Shown here: positions 19,649 through 30,543 of the stretch, one piece after another
Layout of the letters: the number at the start of each line of letters is the position of its first letter
How positions within the stretch are numbered: position 1 is the first letter of the stretch
Assembly: GCA_017453485.1 (NCBI GenBank)
Contig: JAFTEW010000058.1
Coordinates: forward strand, 1,890 to 65,889
From: Alphaproteobacteria bacterium
GTDB taxonomy: Bacteria; Pseudomonadota; Alphaproteobacteria; CAAHEQ01; UBA3637
Direction of reading: 5' to 3'
DNA: 64,000 bases
The notes under the pieces: model-generated
What the model saw: only the letters and a program-made list of their open reading frames with translations
Told to the model about the DNA's origin: nothing
The model's database searches: none
Position numbers and translations under genes: made by a program

Positions 19649-20692
19649 ATGTTTACACCTCGGCTGTTTAAATTAAAAAAGCATACACGACGTGTCTTGA
19701 TTTGCAAGCGCAGTTTGCCTGTTTTTGCTTTTTTACTGGCCAGCTTGATGATGGTGTGGCCGATGTTGTTTGCCGAACAAAAAGAACAATTTTCTTTGGC
19801 TGTTTCCCCTGATAAAAAAATGACCGATGCCAAAGTAGATATGGAAGACGTCCGATTTTTTTCTCAGGACAAAAAGAAGCAACCGTTGACTGTCACGGCT
19901 CCCCGGGTTTTGGAAACGGATACGGATAACGAGTTAATCACTCTTTACAAACCGACGGCAACATATATTTTATCATCCGGGGTTATGCTGACATCAAAAA
20001 CATCTTCTGGCCTGATTGATAAACCGAATGAGACCATGATGTTGGAGGATACGGTTATTTCAACTACCGACACGGGATATAAAGCTGTTTCCTCCAAAGT
20101 ATTCTGTAAGAATCGGGAAGGTATCATATCCAGTTCGGCACCCGTCACCATTACGGGACCGACCGGTAAGTTAAAAGCCGCCGGGTTTAAGATGTATAAC
20201 AAAGGGGATAACATTGATTTTTCCGGACATACGGACAGCACTTTATTTTCAAAAGATGGTGATATTCGTATCCGATCAGAAAACGGCCTGTTGATCAACC
20301 AGGTTCCCCAAACTGTCACGGCCGTTAAAAAGGTTAAGGTCACACAACAGGAGAAAACCATTACGGCTGACAAAATGATTTTGACATATTGGACCAAGGA
20401 ACAAAACCCGAACCATCGGGTCAAACAAATTGAAGCGATAGGACATGTCACAGCCGAATCACAGGGTTCTAAAATCACAGGGGATAAAGGTATTTATGAT
20501 CCCCAAAAAGGAACCGTCTCCATGACGGGGAATGTTATTCTTTATCAGGGCGGCAGCCATGTGGCCGGGGATAAAGCGGTGTTGAATCTGAATACAGGGG
20601 AAAGTACGCTATCCCCCGGGAAAAAGCAAACACAAAAACGGGTTAAGGGCACTCTTGTCCCCGCAGATATGAAAGGAATACATAAACAATGA
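19649..20692 (+). CDS. LPS transport periplasmic bridge protein, apparent LptC-LptA fusion
   Basis: An N-terminal TM anchor and an LptC-like half are followed by an OstA/LptA-like C-terminal half (ITADKMILTY...GHVTAESQGSKITGDKGIYDPQKGTVSMTGNVILYQGGSHVAGDKAVLNLNTGES). The reading frame is single and uninterrupted and overlaps lptB by 4 nt. Confidence 0.7.
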   Translation: MFTPRLFKLKKHTRRVLICKRSLPVFAFLLASLMMVWPMLFAEQKEQFSLAVSPDKKMTDAKVDMEDVRFFSQDKKKQPLTVTAPRVLETDTDNELITLYKPTATYILSSGVMLTSKTSSGLIDKPNETMMLEDTVISTTDTGYKAVSSKVFCKNREGIISSSAPVTITGPTGKLKAAGFKMYNKGDNIDFSGHTDSTLFSKDGDIRIRSENGLLINQVPQTVTAVKKVKVTQQEKTITADKMILTYWTKEQNPNHRVKQIEAIGHVTAESQGSKITGDKGIYDPQKGTVSMTGNVILYQGGSHVAGDKAVLNLNTGESTLSPGKKQTQKRVKGTLVPADMKGIHKQ

Positions 20693-21423
20693 TAGACACA
20701 CAAAAAGGGCTTGTCATTTCACATATCAGCAAAAGTTATAAAAAACGCCTGGTTTTACGGGATGTCTCTCTTTCGGTTCAATTGGGAGAAGCTGTCGGAT
20801 TGTTGGGGCCAAACGGTGCCGGTAAAACGACATCCTTTTACTGTGTTACGGGGCTGATTTCCCCAAATGCCGGTCATATCTACTTAAATGGCATTGATAT
20901 CACCAAATTCCCGGTTTATCGCCGGGCTCGACTGGGTATCGGATACCTGCCGCAAGAGGCCTCTATTTTTCGGGGATTAAATGTAGAGGACAATATTCGG
21001 GCTGTTCTTCAAATTGTAGAGAAAAATCCGGAAAAAATTGAGCATGAATTGGATGCTCTGTTAAAAGAGTTCGCCATTGAGCATTTACGTTTTTCTCCAT
21101 CGCGCGCTCTGTCCGGCGGTGAACGCCGGCGTTTGGAAATCGCCCGTGCCTTGGCTTCGCGTCCGTCTTTTATTTTGTTGGATGAACCGCTAGCCGGTAT
21201 TGATCCGATTGCTGTCGGTGAGATTAAAGATCTGGTTGCTCAATTAAAAACACGGGGATTAGGTGTTCTGATTACGGACCATAACGTGCGAGAAACATTG
21301 GGTATTATTGATCGGGCCTATATTTTACATGACGGGGTCGTGTTAAAACAGGGCACCCCGAAAGAAATCATTGCCGACGAAAGCGTCCGAAAAACATATT
21401 TGGGGAAAAATTTCTCGCTATAA
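20689..21423 (+). CDS. lptB: LPS export ABC transporter ATP-binding protein LptB
   Basis: GPNGAGKTT, LSGGERRRLEIARAL and ILLDEP. Typical LptB length and context. Confidence 0.92.
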   Translation: MIDTQKGLVISHISKSYKKRLVLRDVSLSVQLGEAVGLLGPNGAGKTTSFYCVTGLISPNAGHIYLNGIDITKFPVYRRARLGIGYLPQEASIFRGLNVEDNIRAVLQIVEKNPEKIEHELDALLKEFAIEHLRFSPSRALSGGERRRLEIARALASRPSFILLDEPLAGIDPIAVGEIKDLVAQLKTRGLGVLITDHNVRETLGIIDRAYILHDGVVLKQGTPKEIIADESVRKTYLGKNFSL

Positions 21424-21500
21424 AATGATTTTTTACTGGTAAAATCAAATAAAATCGGTTATACTCCGGCCACTTAATTTTAACGAAAGGATTTTTGGAA

Positions 21501-22595
21501 ATGACGCAAGAAACGAAACGAATCGGCGTTTTGACCAGTGGTGGTGATTGTTCTGGCCTGAATACCGCTATCCGGGCCGTTGTATTCAGTGCCATTACCC
21601 GCGGTTGGGAAGTTTATGGTATTCATAACGCAACAGACGGCTTAATCGCCAGGCCGCTTGATTATCGTAAATTAACAATGGCTGATTTTGAATTTCCGTT
21701 TGCCGCTTTGGGTGGCACAATGCTGGGAACAAATAATTCCGGCAACCCTTATCGGGTAACACGATCGGACGGAATGGTTCAAGAAATCACCGAGGACGAA
21801 TTGCTTCCCCGTTTTAAAGACGGTGTCGAACAATTGGGTCTATCCGCTTTGGTTGTTATCGGTGGTGACGGTTCCATGGCGATAGTCAGTAAGTATTGCA
21901 AAGCCGCCGGTATTTCTATGATTGGAATCCCAAAAACAATAGATAATGATGCCCCCGGCACGGAATTGGCTATCGGTTTTGCCACAGCCCGATCCGTTGT
22001 GACGGATGCTTTGGACAAACTGGATACGACGGCATCCAGCCACCATCGGGTTATGATTGCCGAAGTAATGGGACGCGGGGCCGGCCATTTAGCTCTGGAA
22101 TCAGCAATTGCCGGTTTTGCGGATGTAGCGCTTATTCCGGAAATTCCCTATACCTATGAACATGTTGTTGATCGATTAAAGGCTTCTTTTGCCGCCGGCA
22201 AGAAACACGCTTTGGTCGTTATTGCCGAAGGAATCAAGAAACCGGACGGTCAATTATCGTATGCGACAAACGGCCGGACTTTCGGCGGTGTATCGGCTTA
22301 TTTTGCCGAACAATTGGGGAAGGATGGTTTTAATGTTCGTGCTAATGTTTTAGGGCATATTCAACGGGCCGGACAACCGATTGCCGAGGACCGGATATTG
22401 GCTTCTGCATTTGCCGTTCATGCCGTTGATTTATTAGCAGCCGGACAAAATAATCGTGTTGTTGTTTATCGCAACGGTCGGGTTTCGGATGAGGATTTAG
22501 ACGCCATTTTGAACTTGGCCAACTCACCGGTTGATCCGAATGGGCCCATGGTTCAAACAGCCCGTAGTTTGGGTATTTATGTTGGTGAAAAATAA
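21501..22595 (+). CDS. pfk: 6-phosphofructokinase (phosphoryl donor not assignable)
   Basis: GVLTSGGDCSGLN, GGDGS and PKTIDND motifs. The ATG follows AAAGGA by 9 nt. Confidence 0.9.
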   Translation: MTQETKRIGVLTSGGDCSGLNTAIRAVVFSAITRGWEVYGIHNATDGLIARPLDYRKLTMADFEFPFAALGGTMLGTNNSGNPYRVTRSDGMVQEITEDELLPRFKDGVEQLGLSALVVIGGDGSMAIVSKYCKAAGISMIGIPKTIDNDAPGTELAIGFATARSVVTDALDKLDTTASSHHRVMIAEVMGRGAGHLALESAIAGFADVALIPEIPYTYEHVVDRLKASFAAGKKHALVVIAEGIKKPDGQLSYATNGRTFGGVSAYFAEQLGKDGFNVRANVLGHIQRAGQPIAEDRILASAFAVHAVDLLAAGQNNRVVVYRNGRVSDEDLDAILNLANSPVDPNGPMVQTARSLGIYVGEK

Positions 22596-22649
22596 AACTT
22601 GCATTCCGATATAAATGGACTATATTATACTATGTAAAGGAGATATACT

Positions 22650-22823
22650 ATGACCGAAAAAACACAAAAACATTTAGATGCTTTGAAACAACGGCACGCA
22701 GAATTAGATGCCAAAATTGCTGAGGAATCAGCCCGTCCGATGCCGGATGATATGAAGATTCAGGAATACAAAAAACAGAAATTGGTCGTCAAACAAGAGA
22801 TTGAAGAAATCGAAAACCAATAA
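22650..22823 (+). CDS. small YdcH/DUF465-like coiled-coil protein (57 aa)
   Basis: This ORF is absent from the supplied track because it is under 60 aa. AAAGGAGA precedes the ATG. The sequence HLDALKQRHAELDAKIAEE...D..I...KK.KL is the DUF465 pattern. Confidence 0.6.
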   Translation: MTEKTQKHLDALKQRHAELDAKIAEESARPMPDDMKIQEYKKQKLVVKQEIEEIENQ

Positions 22824-22843
22824 TTTATTGATATTATTTTCCA

Positions 22844-22866
22844 CCCCCTTGCTCAAAGGGGGTTTT
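22844..22866. terminator. terminator hairpin between DUF465 gene and amiC
   Basis: CCCCCTTgctcAAGGGGG followed by TTTTATT. Confidence 0.6.
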
Positions 22867-24028
22867 ATTCTGCCAAATTGTCAAAATAGCGTTGAACAGC
22901 TCGCACCAAGGCTTCGGCCAATTCTTTTCGGTAAGAGGCCTTCTGCAAGTTTTTATCCTCTGTCCTGTTTGACAGATATCCTAATTCAACCAACACAGAC
23001 GGAATACTAGGAGACTTTAAGACAACGAATCCGGCCATCCGATGGGCATTTGGGACCAGTGATACTTTTTTCTTCATCTCCTGCACCACATAATCCGCAT
23101 ATCGGGCAGATTTATTCATTGTGGCTGTTTTTTCCAAATCCAATAGGACGCTGCCGGCCATCGGATCAATATCAGACAAATCCATTCCTAAAATAATGTC
23201 AGCCTTATTTTCCCGTTCGGCCAGGGCCGCCGCCTCAGCATCCGAAGCCCGCTCTGAAATTGTATAAATAGACAACCCTTTTGCTGATGCGTTTTTGGCA
23301 CTATCCGCGTGGATAGATATAAATAAATCGGCATTGGCTTCATGAGCCTTCTTAATTCGGCCGCGCAACGGAATAAAAATATCCTTATCCCGAGTCAAAA
23401 CAACTTTATAGCCCGCTTTTTGCAGCAACTCCCTAGTTTCTTTGGCCATAGCTAACGTAATGTTTTTTTCATAGTGTCCCGAACGGGAAACCGCCCCGGG
23501 ATCCTGACCACCATGTCCGGGATCTAAAACAATGATTTTCTGTTTTGGTTTCGGCGGCGTTGTAAAGGGACGCACCCCCCCCCGCCCCGACGGTGATGAT
23601 TGAACGGTAGCCGGCATTTCACTCGGCGCATTACCGAATAAATCCAAAACAAAGCGCCAATTTTGACCGCTTTGCGGTTTTAGTAAAAAGTGTTTTTCCG
23701 TCAATCTTATACCGGGCAAATCCAACACAACCCGAGCTGTTCCGGCAAACGGCGTCCCCAATCGGACACCGCCGACAAAACCGGTCGGACCGAATTTTTG
23801 TTCTTTGGCTGTTTGCGAAAAAGATGTGTCCGGGAAATCAATAACCAATCGGGGCGGACTTTCCAATCGGGAAACTTTCGGAGCGGCTTCGGCTGATAAT
23901 TCAGCAACAAACCGAACAGAATCGGGAGTCCCGGCGGCTAACCGCATTTGCATTATTTCCACGGCTTCGGCTCGACCCGTTATCAAAAGCATTAAAAAAA
24001 GACCGATCGCAATCCATCCGTGTTTCAT
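22865..24028 (-). CDS. amiC: N-acetylmuramoyl-L-alanine amidase (AMIN domain + Amidase_3)
   Basis: Signal peptide, an AMIN-like N-terminal domain, then DPGHGG...ISIHAD...ELGYLSN amidase_3 motifs. Confidence 0.88.
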   Translation of the reverse strand: MKHGWIAIGLFLMLLITGRAEAVEIMQMRLAAGTPDSVRFVAELSAEAAPKVSRLESPPRLVIDFPDTSFSQTAKEQKFGPTGFVGGVRLGTPFAGTARVVLDLPGIRLTEKHFLLKPQSGQNWRFVLDLFGNAPSEMPATVQSSPSGRGGVRPFTTPPKPKQKIIVLDPGHGGQDPGAVSRSGHYEKNITLAMAKETRELLQKAGYKVVLTRDKDIFIPLRGRIKKAHEANADLFISIHADSAKNASAKGLSIYTISERASDAEAAALAERENKADIILGMDLSDIDPMAGSVLLDLEKTATMNKSARYADYVVQEMKKKVSLVPNAHRMAGFVVLKSPSIPSVLVELGYLSNRTEDKNLQKASYRKELAEALVRAVQRYFDNLAE

Positions 24029-24261
24029 AAAAAATATCCGATTGATTAAAAAAAACTTGCTTATTTACTCATATACCTATATAATAGGAAACGCAATCAA
24101 AAAGTGATTGCTCAAACAATTTTTTTAAAATCGGGAACGATAAGGATGGAAAGATATTTTATTTTTGAATGCTTACAAAATCTTTTGTCTCCGGTTTTAT
24201 CGAATGGAGACATTCATGGGAATGTCGATTTATTTTTTACAGATTTAAAGGATTTTAACAA

Positions 24262-26391
24262 ATGTCAAAACAAATGCTTATTGACGCAACGCATCACGAG
24301 GAAACACGCGTTGTCGTATTGGAAGACGGGAGGTTAGACGAATTTGACGTTGATACCTCAACCAAAAAACAGATTAAAGGAAATATCTATTTAGCCAAAG
24401 TGGTTCGTGTTGAACCATCATTACAGGCGGCTTTTGTTGATTACGGTGGAAACAAACACGGTTTCTTGGCTTTCGGGGAAATTCATCCCGATTACTATCA
24501 AATTCCGGTTGCAGATCGGGAAGCCTTAAAGGCACAAATGAAACAGGAAGCCGATGCGGAAAAAGCCAGTCATGAAACGGAAGAAAATTCGGAGAATACA
24601 ACCGAAGTTGAAGCTGTCACCGACAATGCCGACGTAGACGATGTTATCCGACACCGTTCTTCTTTCTTTCGGCGGTATAAAATTCAGGAAGTCATTCGCC
24701 AGGGCCAAGTCATGTTGGTTCAGGTTATCAAAGAAGAGCGCGGCAATAAAGGGGCTGCGTTGACAACCTATTTGTCCTTGGCCGGTCGTTTCAGCGTTTT
24801 GATGCCGAATAATAGCCGTGGCGGTGGTGTTTCCCGTAAGATTAGCAATGCCAAAGATCGCAAAACGCTTCGTGAAATCGTTGATAAACTTCCAATTCCC
24901 GATGGGATGAGTGTGATTATTCGCACCGCCGGTCAGGGAAAAACAAAAACAGAAATCAAGCGGGATTTTGATTACTTGATGAAAACATGGATGCAGATTC
25001 GCAAGACAACATTGGAATCAATTGCACCGAAATTAATCCACGAGGAAGGTGACATCATCAAACGTTCTTTGCGTGATGTTTTCACACCGGACACGGATGA
25101 AATTGTTGTTGATGGCGAAGAGACATTCAAAACGGTTCGCACATTCATGAAAACTCTGATACCGGCTCAGGCTAAAAAGGTTAAATTATATAAAGGAGCT
25201 CTGCCTTTATTTCAAGAATATCAGGTCGAATCTCAATTAGAAGCCATCCACAGCAATATCGTTCAACTGCGTTCCGGTGGCTATTTGGTGATTGACCAAA
25301 CAGAGGCTTTGGTTGCCGTGGATGTGAACTCTGGCCGTGCCACACGGGAACATAGTATTGAAGAAACAGCCCTGCGGACCAACCTAGAAACATGTGATGA
25401 ATTGGCCCGACAATTGCGTTTACGGGATTTAGCCGGTTTGATAGTCATTGACTTTATCGATATGGATGAACCACGTAATAACGCCGCGGTTGAACGGCGG
25501 TTAAAGGAAGCCTTAAAGCGGGATCGTGCCCGGGTGCAGGTCGGTAAAATGTCTGGTTTTGGCTTGATGGAAATGTCTCGTCAACGACTTCATTCCAGTT
25601 TCTTGGAAAGCAGTTATCACGTTTGTCCGCATTGTGGCGGAAAGGGTTTGATCCGGTCAACAGAATCCGGAGCTATGCATGCTCTGCATCTGTTGGATGA
25701 GGCCGCAGCGAAAAATCAAAACTGCACCTTAATTATGACATTACAGCCGGAAATTGCCTCTTATGTCCTGAATATGAAGCGTGCTACATTAAAAGATATT
25801 GAAGATCGCTTTCATGTCCAGGTTCAGATTTTGTCCGATGCGGGTTTGTTAAAAGTATCCGATTTCAGAATGGAACGGTTGCGCGATAACGGAGATAAAA
25901 GTCCTATCCATATGGACCCTCCTGTTTCCCGTAAAGTCGATAAAAACAACGAAAGGATGCAATCTATTGATGCCATTGTTCAAGCCGCAGCAGCGGAAGA
26001 AGCCGAAAACGGAGGCGGACATCGGCGGCGGCGTCGCAATCGGCGGGATTGGAAGCGTAAACAAAAACAGTTTGCCGAAAATCAGGCACTCGCCAATGAG
26101 GAACACTCAGAATCAATCGAATCGGAACAATCATCCGTTGAACCGAACTTTACCGTTGTGGAACAAGTCACATTAACGGAAACCGAAAATCAAGTTCGGG
26201 ACAATTCGTCCGGGAAAAAAGGAAAATATCGGAATCGCAAGAAACATCAACATTCCGATACCGAAAAAAATGTTCCGGCTATTCGGGAAGAACGCGTCCC
26301 AGCCACTAGGGAAGAACATCCGGCCCCCGTTGTGACGAAAACGAAAAATAAGCCGAAAAAAGGCGGTTGGTGGAACCGGTTGATGGGTTAG
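24262..26391 (+). CDS. rne: ribonuclease E/G family endoribonuclease (Rne)
   Basis: An S1 domain (GNIYLAKVVRVEPSLQAAFVDYG) is followed by the catalytic core (VAVDVNSG, DFIDM, CPHCGGKG zinc link) and an Arg/Lys-rich C-terminal tail. Confidence 0.92.
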   Translation: MSKQMLIDATHHEETRVVVLEDGRLDEFDVDTSTKKQIKGNIYLAKVVRVEPSLQAAFVDYGGNKHGFLAFGEIHPDYYQIPVADREALKAQMKQEADAEKASHETEENSENTTEVEAVTDNADVDDVIRHRSSFFRRYKIQEVIRQGQVMLVQVIKEERGNKGAALTTYLSLAGRFSVLMPNNSRGGGVSRKISNAKDRKTLREIVDKLPIPDGMSVIIRTAGQGKTKTEIKRDFDYLMKTWMQIRKTTLESIAPKLIHEEGDIIKRSLRDVFTPDTDEIVVDGEETFKTVRTFMKTLIPAQAKKVKLYKGALPLFQEYQVESQLEAIHSNIVQLRSGGYLVIDQTEALVAVDVNSGRATREHSIEETALRTNLETCDELARQLRLRDLAGLIVIDFIDMDEPRNNAAVERRLKEALKRDRARVQVGKMSGFGLMEMSRQRLHSSFLESSYHVCPHCGGKGLIRSTESGAMHALHLLDEAAAKNQNCTLIMTLQPEIASYVLNMKRATLKDIEDRFHVQVQILSDAGLLKVSDFRMERLRDNGDKSPIHMDPPVSRKVDKNNERMQSIDAIVQAAAAEEAENGGGHRRRRRNRRDWKRKQKQFAENQALANEEHSESIESEQSSVEPNFTVVEQVTLTETENQVRDNSSGKKGKYRNRKKHQHSDTEKNVPAIREERVPATREEHPAPVVTKTKNKPKKGGWWNRLMG

Positions 26392-27811
<1,420 letters not shown>

Positions 27812-28414
27812 TCGTGCCAGTCAGAACAAATGCGTGCCAAATCGCATGGGTGTATTTTTTCTTTTTCTGCACATAGAAAGCAATTCCCAGTGTATAAAAG
27901 CATCCCCCTAAAATCAGAAAGGTTAATCCCGTCTGGTTCAACGTTTTGAATAATGCGTGCGAAGCAAAAACGATTAACCATCCCATTAACAAATACAGCC
28001 CGATAGACCAAATTTTAACACCATTTCCCGACGTTATTAATTTCAAAACCGTTCCCAACAGAGCCAATCCCCAGACAATCCCAAAGATTGTCCAACCGAT
28101 CGTACCGCGCAAATTTACCAACAAAAATGGGGTATAAGATCCGGCAATTAAATAGTAGATGGCAATATGATCAAATTTCTTTAAAATCTTTTTGGCCTGT
28201 TGATTTGTGATTGCGTGATAAAGGGTTGATGCCGTGTAAAGAATAATCATCGACACCCCGAAAATGGTTGTCGATACAATGGTCCAAGCATTCCCGTATC
28301 TGGCAGAAAATGCCGCTAAAATAACCAAGGCAGCCACACTTAAAATAATCCCGAGCCCATGAACGGAGCAATTGCAAATTTCTTCAACAATGGTGTAGGG
28401 CCGTGCAACAGTTT

Positions 28415-29800
28415 TCATTTATGTTCCTCCTTATAATTAAAGGTTTCCTGTATCAAGTTAATGTTCAGGGCTTTTAAGGCCTCGTGAATTGGGATAAACA
28501 AGGATAAATGGGTTTCATTGGCATCGTCTGCAATGGTTCGGGATAAGCCGATAACATTACCATAAGAATCAGTCAGTGGCCCGCCGCTATATCCCGGAAC
28601 AGTCGGGACAGAAGCCTGAATAAATGGTAATCCCTGATGAACAAAGTATCGATTGGCCGATATAATTCCTTGTGTAATGGTTGCCCGATAGTTGTTATGA
28701 TAGGGTGTTCCGATAACATAAATCGGTTCGGCCGCATCAGGGCGTTGAACATCGGAAATCGGCAATGCAAAATTATTTGTGATATCCGCTTTTATCAGAG
28801 CCACATCTCGTCGTTCATCCGTTCGCAATACCTTTGCCCGATACTTGGTGCCATTCACATCCGTAATTTGGACAGACTTGGCATCACCGACGATACTGGC
28901 CGTTGTCAGGGCATATCCTTCTTGATTGATAAAAAAGCCGGAACCTTTATGGGATAATTCCGATTGAACGGAGATAACGGCTTTACGCATCACGCTGAAC
29001 TGCTGGCGCACCGGTTGATGAAATAATTTGGATCGCGTTGTTAATTTTAATTCCTTATACACGGTTTTGGGAATTAAATCTACCGGATCTTGCGTGGTCA
29101 TAATTCGTTTAAACCAATCCGTTTTTCCAAGGTTACGGGCAGCATCTTTGGCCGCCGCCATAAAAACGGCCTTATCCCCACCGGTCAATGGTTCATCAAT
29201 ATGTCCATATCCTTGCGTCGTATAACTACCCAAACTTTTTTCCCGAATGGTGTCGTAAATTTCCCACTCTGCCGTTATAACACCTTCGCCGCCGGCTCGA
29301 TCCATAGATTGCAAAGTGAAGGGCGCATGCACATAACATAAATTGAATTTCATATCTGTCACACGCATAGACAGCAATAGTTCGGCCCGGACTTTGTTTT
29401 TTAGATCATCAAAGTAGGATTGACGATGCTGTTTAATCTGATACCCCAAATCAATCAGGGCCTGTTCTACCTGGGTTCCCGTTTCGGTCGGCCAAGGCCC
29501 CAGAATATTCTCGTCCTCGTTCCAATAACTTTGTGAGCGGGCAAAGCGATGTTTCATGGTTGAATTGCAAACATAAAAGCCGACATTCACATTCGGCACG
29601 GACCAATGCCAATAAGGATAGGCTGCATAAAGATCGCCGCGCTTTAAATCAAACAAGCCACCGGCAAAGGCGATTTTTCGTTGCTCTGTGTAAGCTGGCA
29701 ACACATCAAAATGCGTCGGATTATCAACGGGTGGCAGGTTCAAAGCCCCCTGACAACCCGATAAAAGCAAACACAAAAATCCCCATATTTTTCTTTGCAT
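28415..29800 (-). CDS. lipoprotein with C-terminal trypsin-like (DegP/S1C-like) domain lacking the canonical catalytic His
   Basis: Lipobox LLSGC after the internal ATG (MQRKIWGFLCLLLSGC). The C-terminus reads GSGFFI...LTTASIV (Ser where TNxHVV has His), DVALIKA and GYSGGPL. Confidence 0.7.
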   Translation of the reverse strand: MQRKIWGFLCLLLSGCQGALNLPPVDNPTHFDVLPAYTEQRKIAFAGGLFDLKRGDLYAAYPYWHWSVPNVNVGFYVCNSTMKHRFARSQSYWNEDENILGPWPTETGTQVEQALIDLGYQIKQHRQSYFDDLKNKVRAELLLSMRVTDMKFNLCYVHAPFTLQSMDRAGGEGVITAEWEIYDTIREKSLGSYTTQGYGHIDEPLTGGDKAVFMAAAKDAARNLGKTDWFKRIMTTQDPVDLIPKTVYKELKLTTRSKLFHQPVRQQFSVMRKAVISVQSELSHKGSGFFINQEGYALTTASIVGDAKSVQITDVNGTKYRAKVLRTDERRDVALIKADITNNFALPISDVQRPDAAEPIYVIGTPYHNNYRATITQGIISANRYFVHQGLPFIQASVPTVPGYSGGPLTDSYGNVIGLSRTIADDANETHLSLFIPIHEALKALNINLIQETFNYKEEHK

Positions 29801-29915
29801 ACCTGCGTATGAGGGTATCACATTGCAAAGAAAAGTCAAGAAAAATGATTTTTTTCGTGACAATGACAAAAAAGATGTATACAATAGGCGTATCATTTAA
29901 CAGAAAGGAGAAAAA

Positions 29916-30356
29916 ATGATGATGAAAAAATTATTAACAGTCACAACTTTGGCTTTATTGACAACGGCTTGTGCCGGTCCTTTGTGCCAATCCCGCGGAT
30001 GCAAAGTTGTTTTATCAGATTCCGCCGCCAAAAATGCGCCGGTTTTGTTTGACTTTGATTCGGCCAAATTGACAGCCGCCGGTGAATCGGCTTTGGCTCC
30101 GTATGCCGAATACCTGAACAATAATGCCAAAAAGACGGCCACAATCGCCGGTTATACCGATGATCGCGGGGATGCCACCTACAATTTGGATTTAAGCCAA
30201 CGTCGTGCCAATGCCGCCAAAGCCTATTTGGTTGAAAAGGGTGTTGCCGCGAATCGTTTAAAGACGGTTGGTTACGGTGAAACGAACTTTGTTGCCGATA
30301 ATGCTTCTGCCGAAGGTCGGGCACAAAACCGCCGTATTGAATTGGAATTTAATTAA
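29916..30356 (+). CDS. OmpA-family peptidoglycan-associated lipoprotein (Pal-like)
   Basis: Lipobox LTTAC. The OmpA_C motif is present: GYTDDRGDATYNLDLSQRRANAAKAYL...GYGE...NRRIE. Confidence 0.85.
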   Translation: MMMKKLLTVTTLALLTTACAGPLCQSRGCKVVLSDSAAKNAPVLFDFDSAKLTAAGESALAPYAEYLNNNAKKTATIAGYTDDRGDATYNLDLSQRRANAAKAYLVEKGVAANRLKTVGYGETNFVADNASAEGRAQNRRIELEFN

Positions 30357-30373
30357 GATTTCATTCTTTCACG

Positions 30374-30402
30374 AATCCCCCGTATAATACGGGGGATTTT
30401 TT
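30374..30402 (+). terminator. rho-independent terminator after the Pal-like gene
   Basis: AATCCCCCGtataataCGGGGGATT followed by TTTT. Confidence 0.75.
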
Positions 30403-30543
30403 ATGCTTTGTCCAAACAATTTTCTTGTTTTTCCAAAATTTATCTGATATGCTCCATTTTGAATCGATTGGTTATCGATTCGGGGTTTGAAAGCCTCTTA
30501 AAGTTGCCCGGTGCGGGTATTAATAATGCACCTTTTGGTCGTT

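Noticed and set aside
19945-20478. 177-aa minus-strand ORF antisense to the LptC-LptA-like gene.
   Set aside because: It is antisense and fully nested in a gene with a good family signature and operon context. It has no start context.
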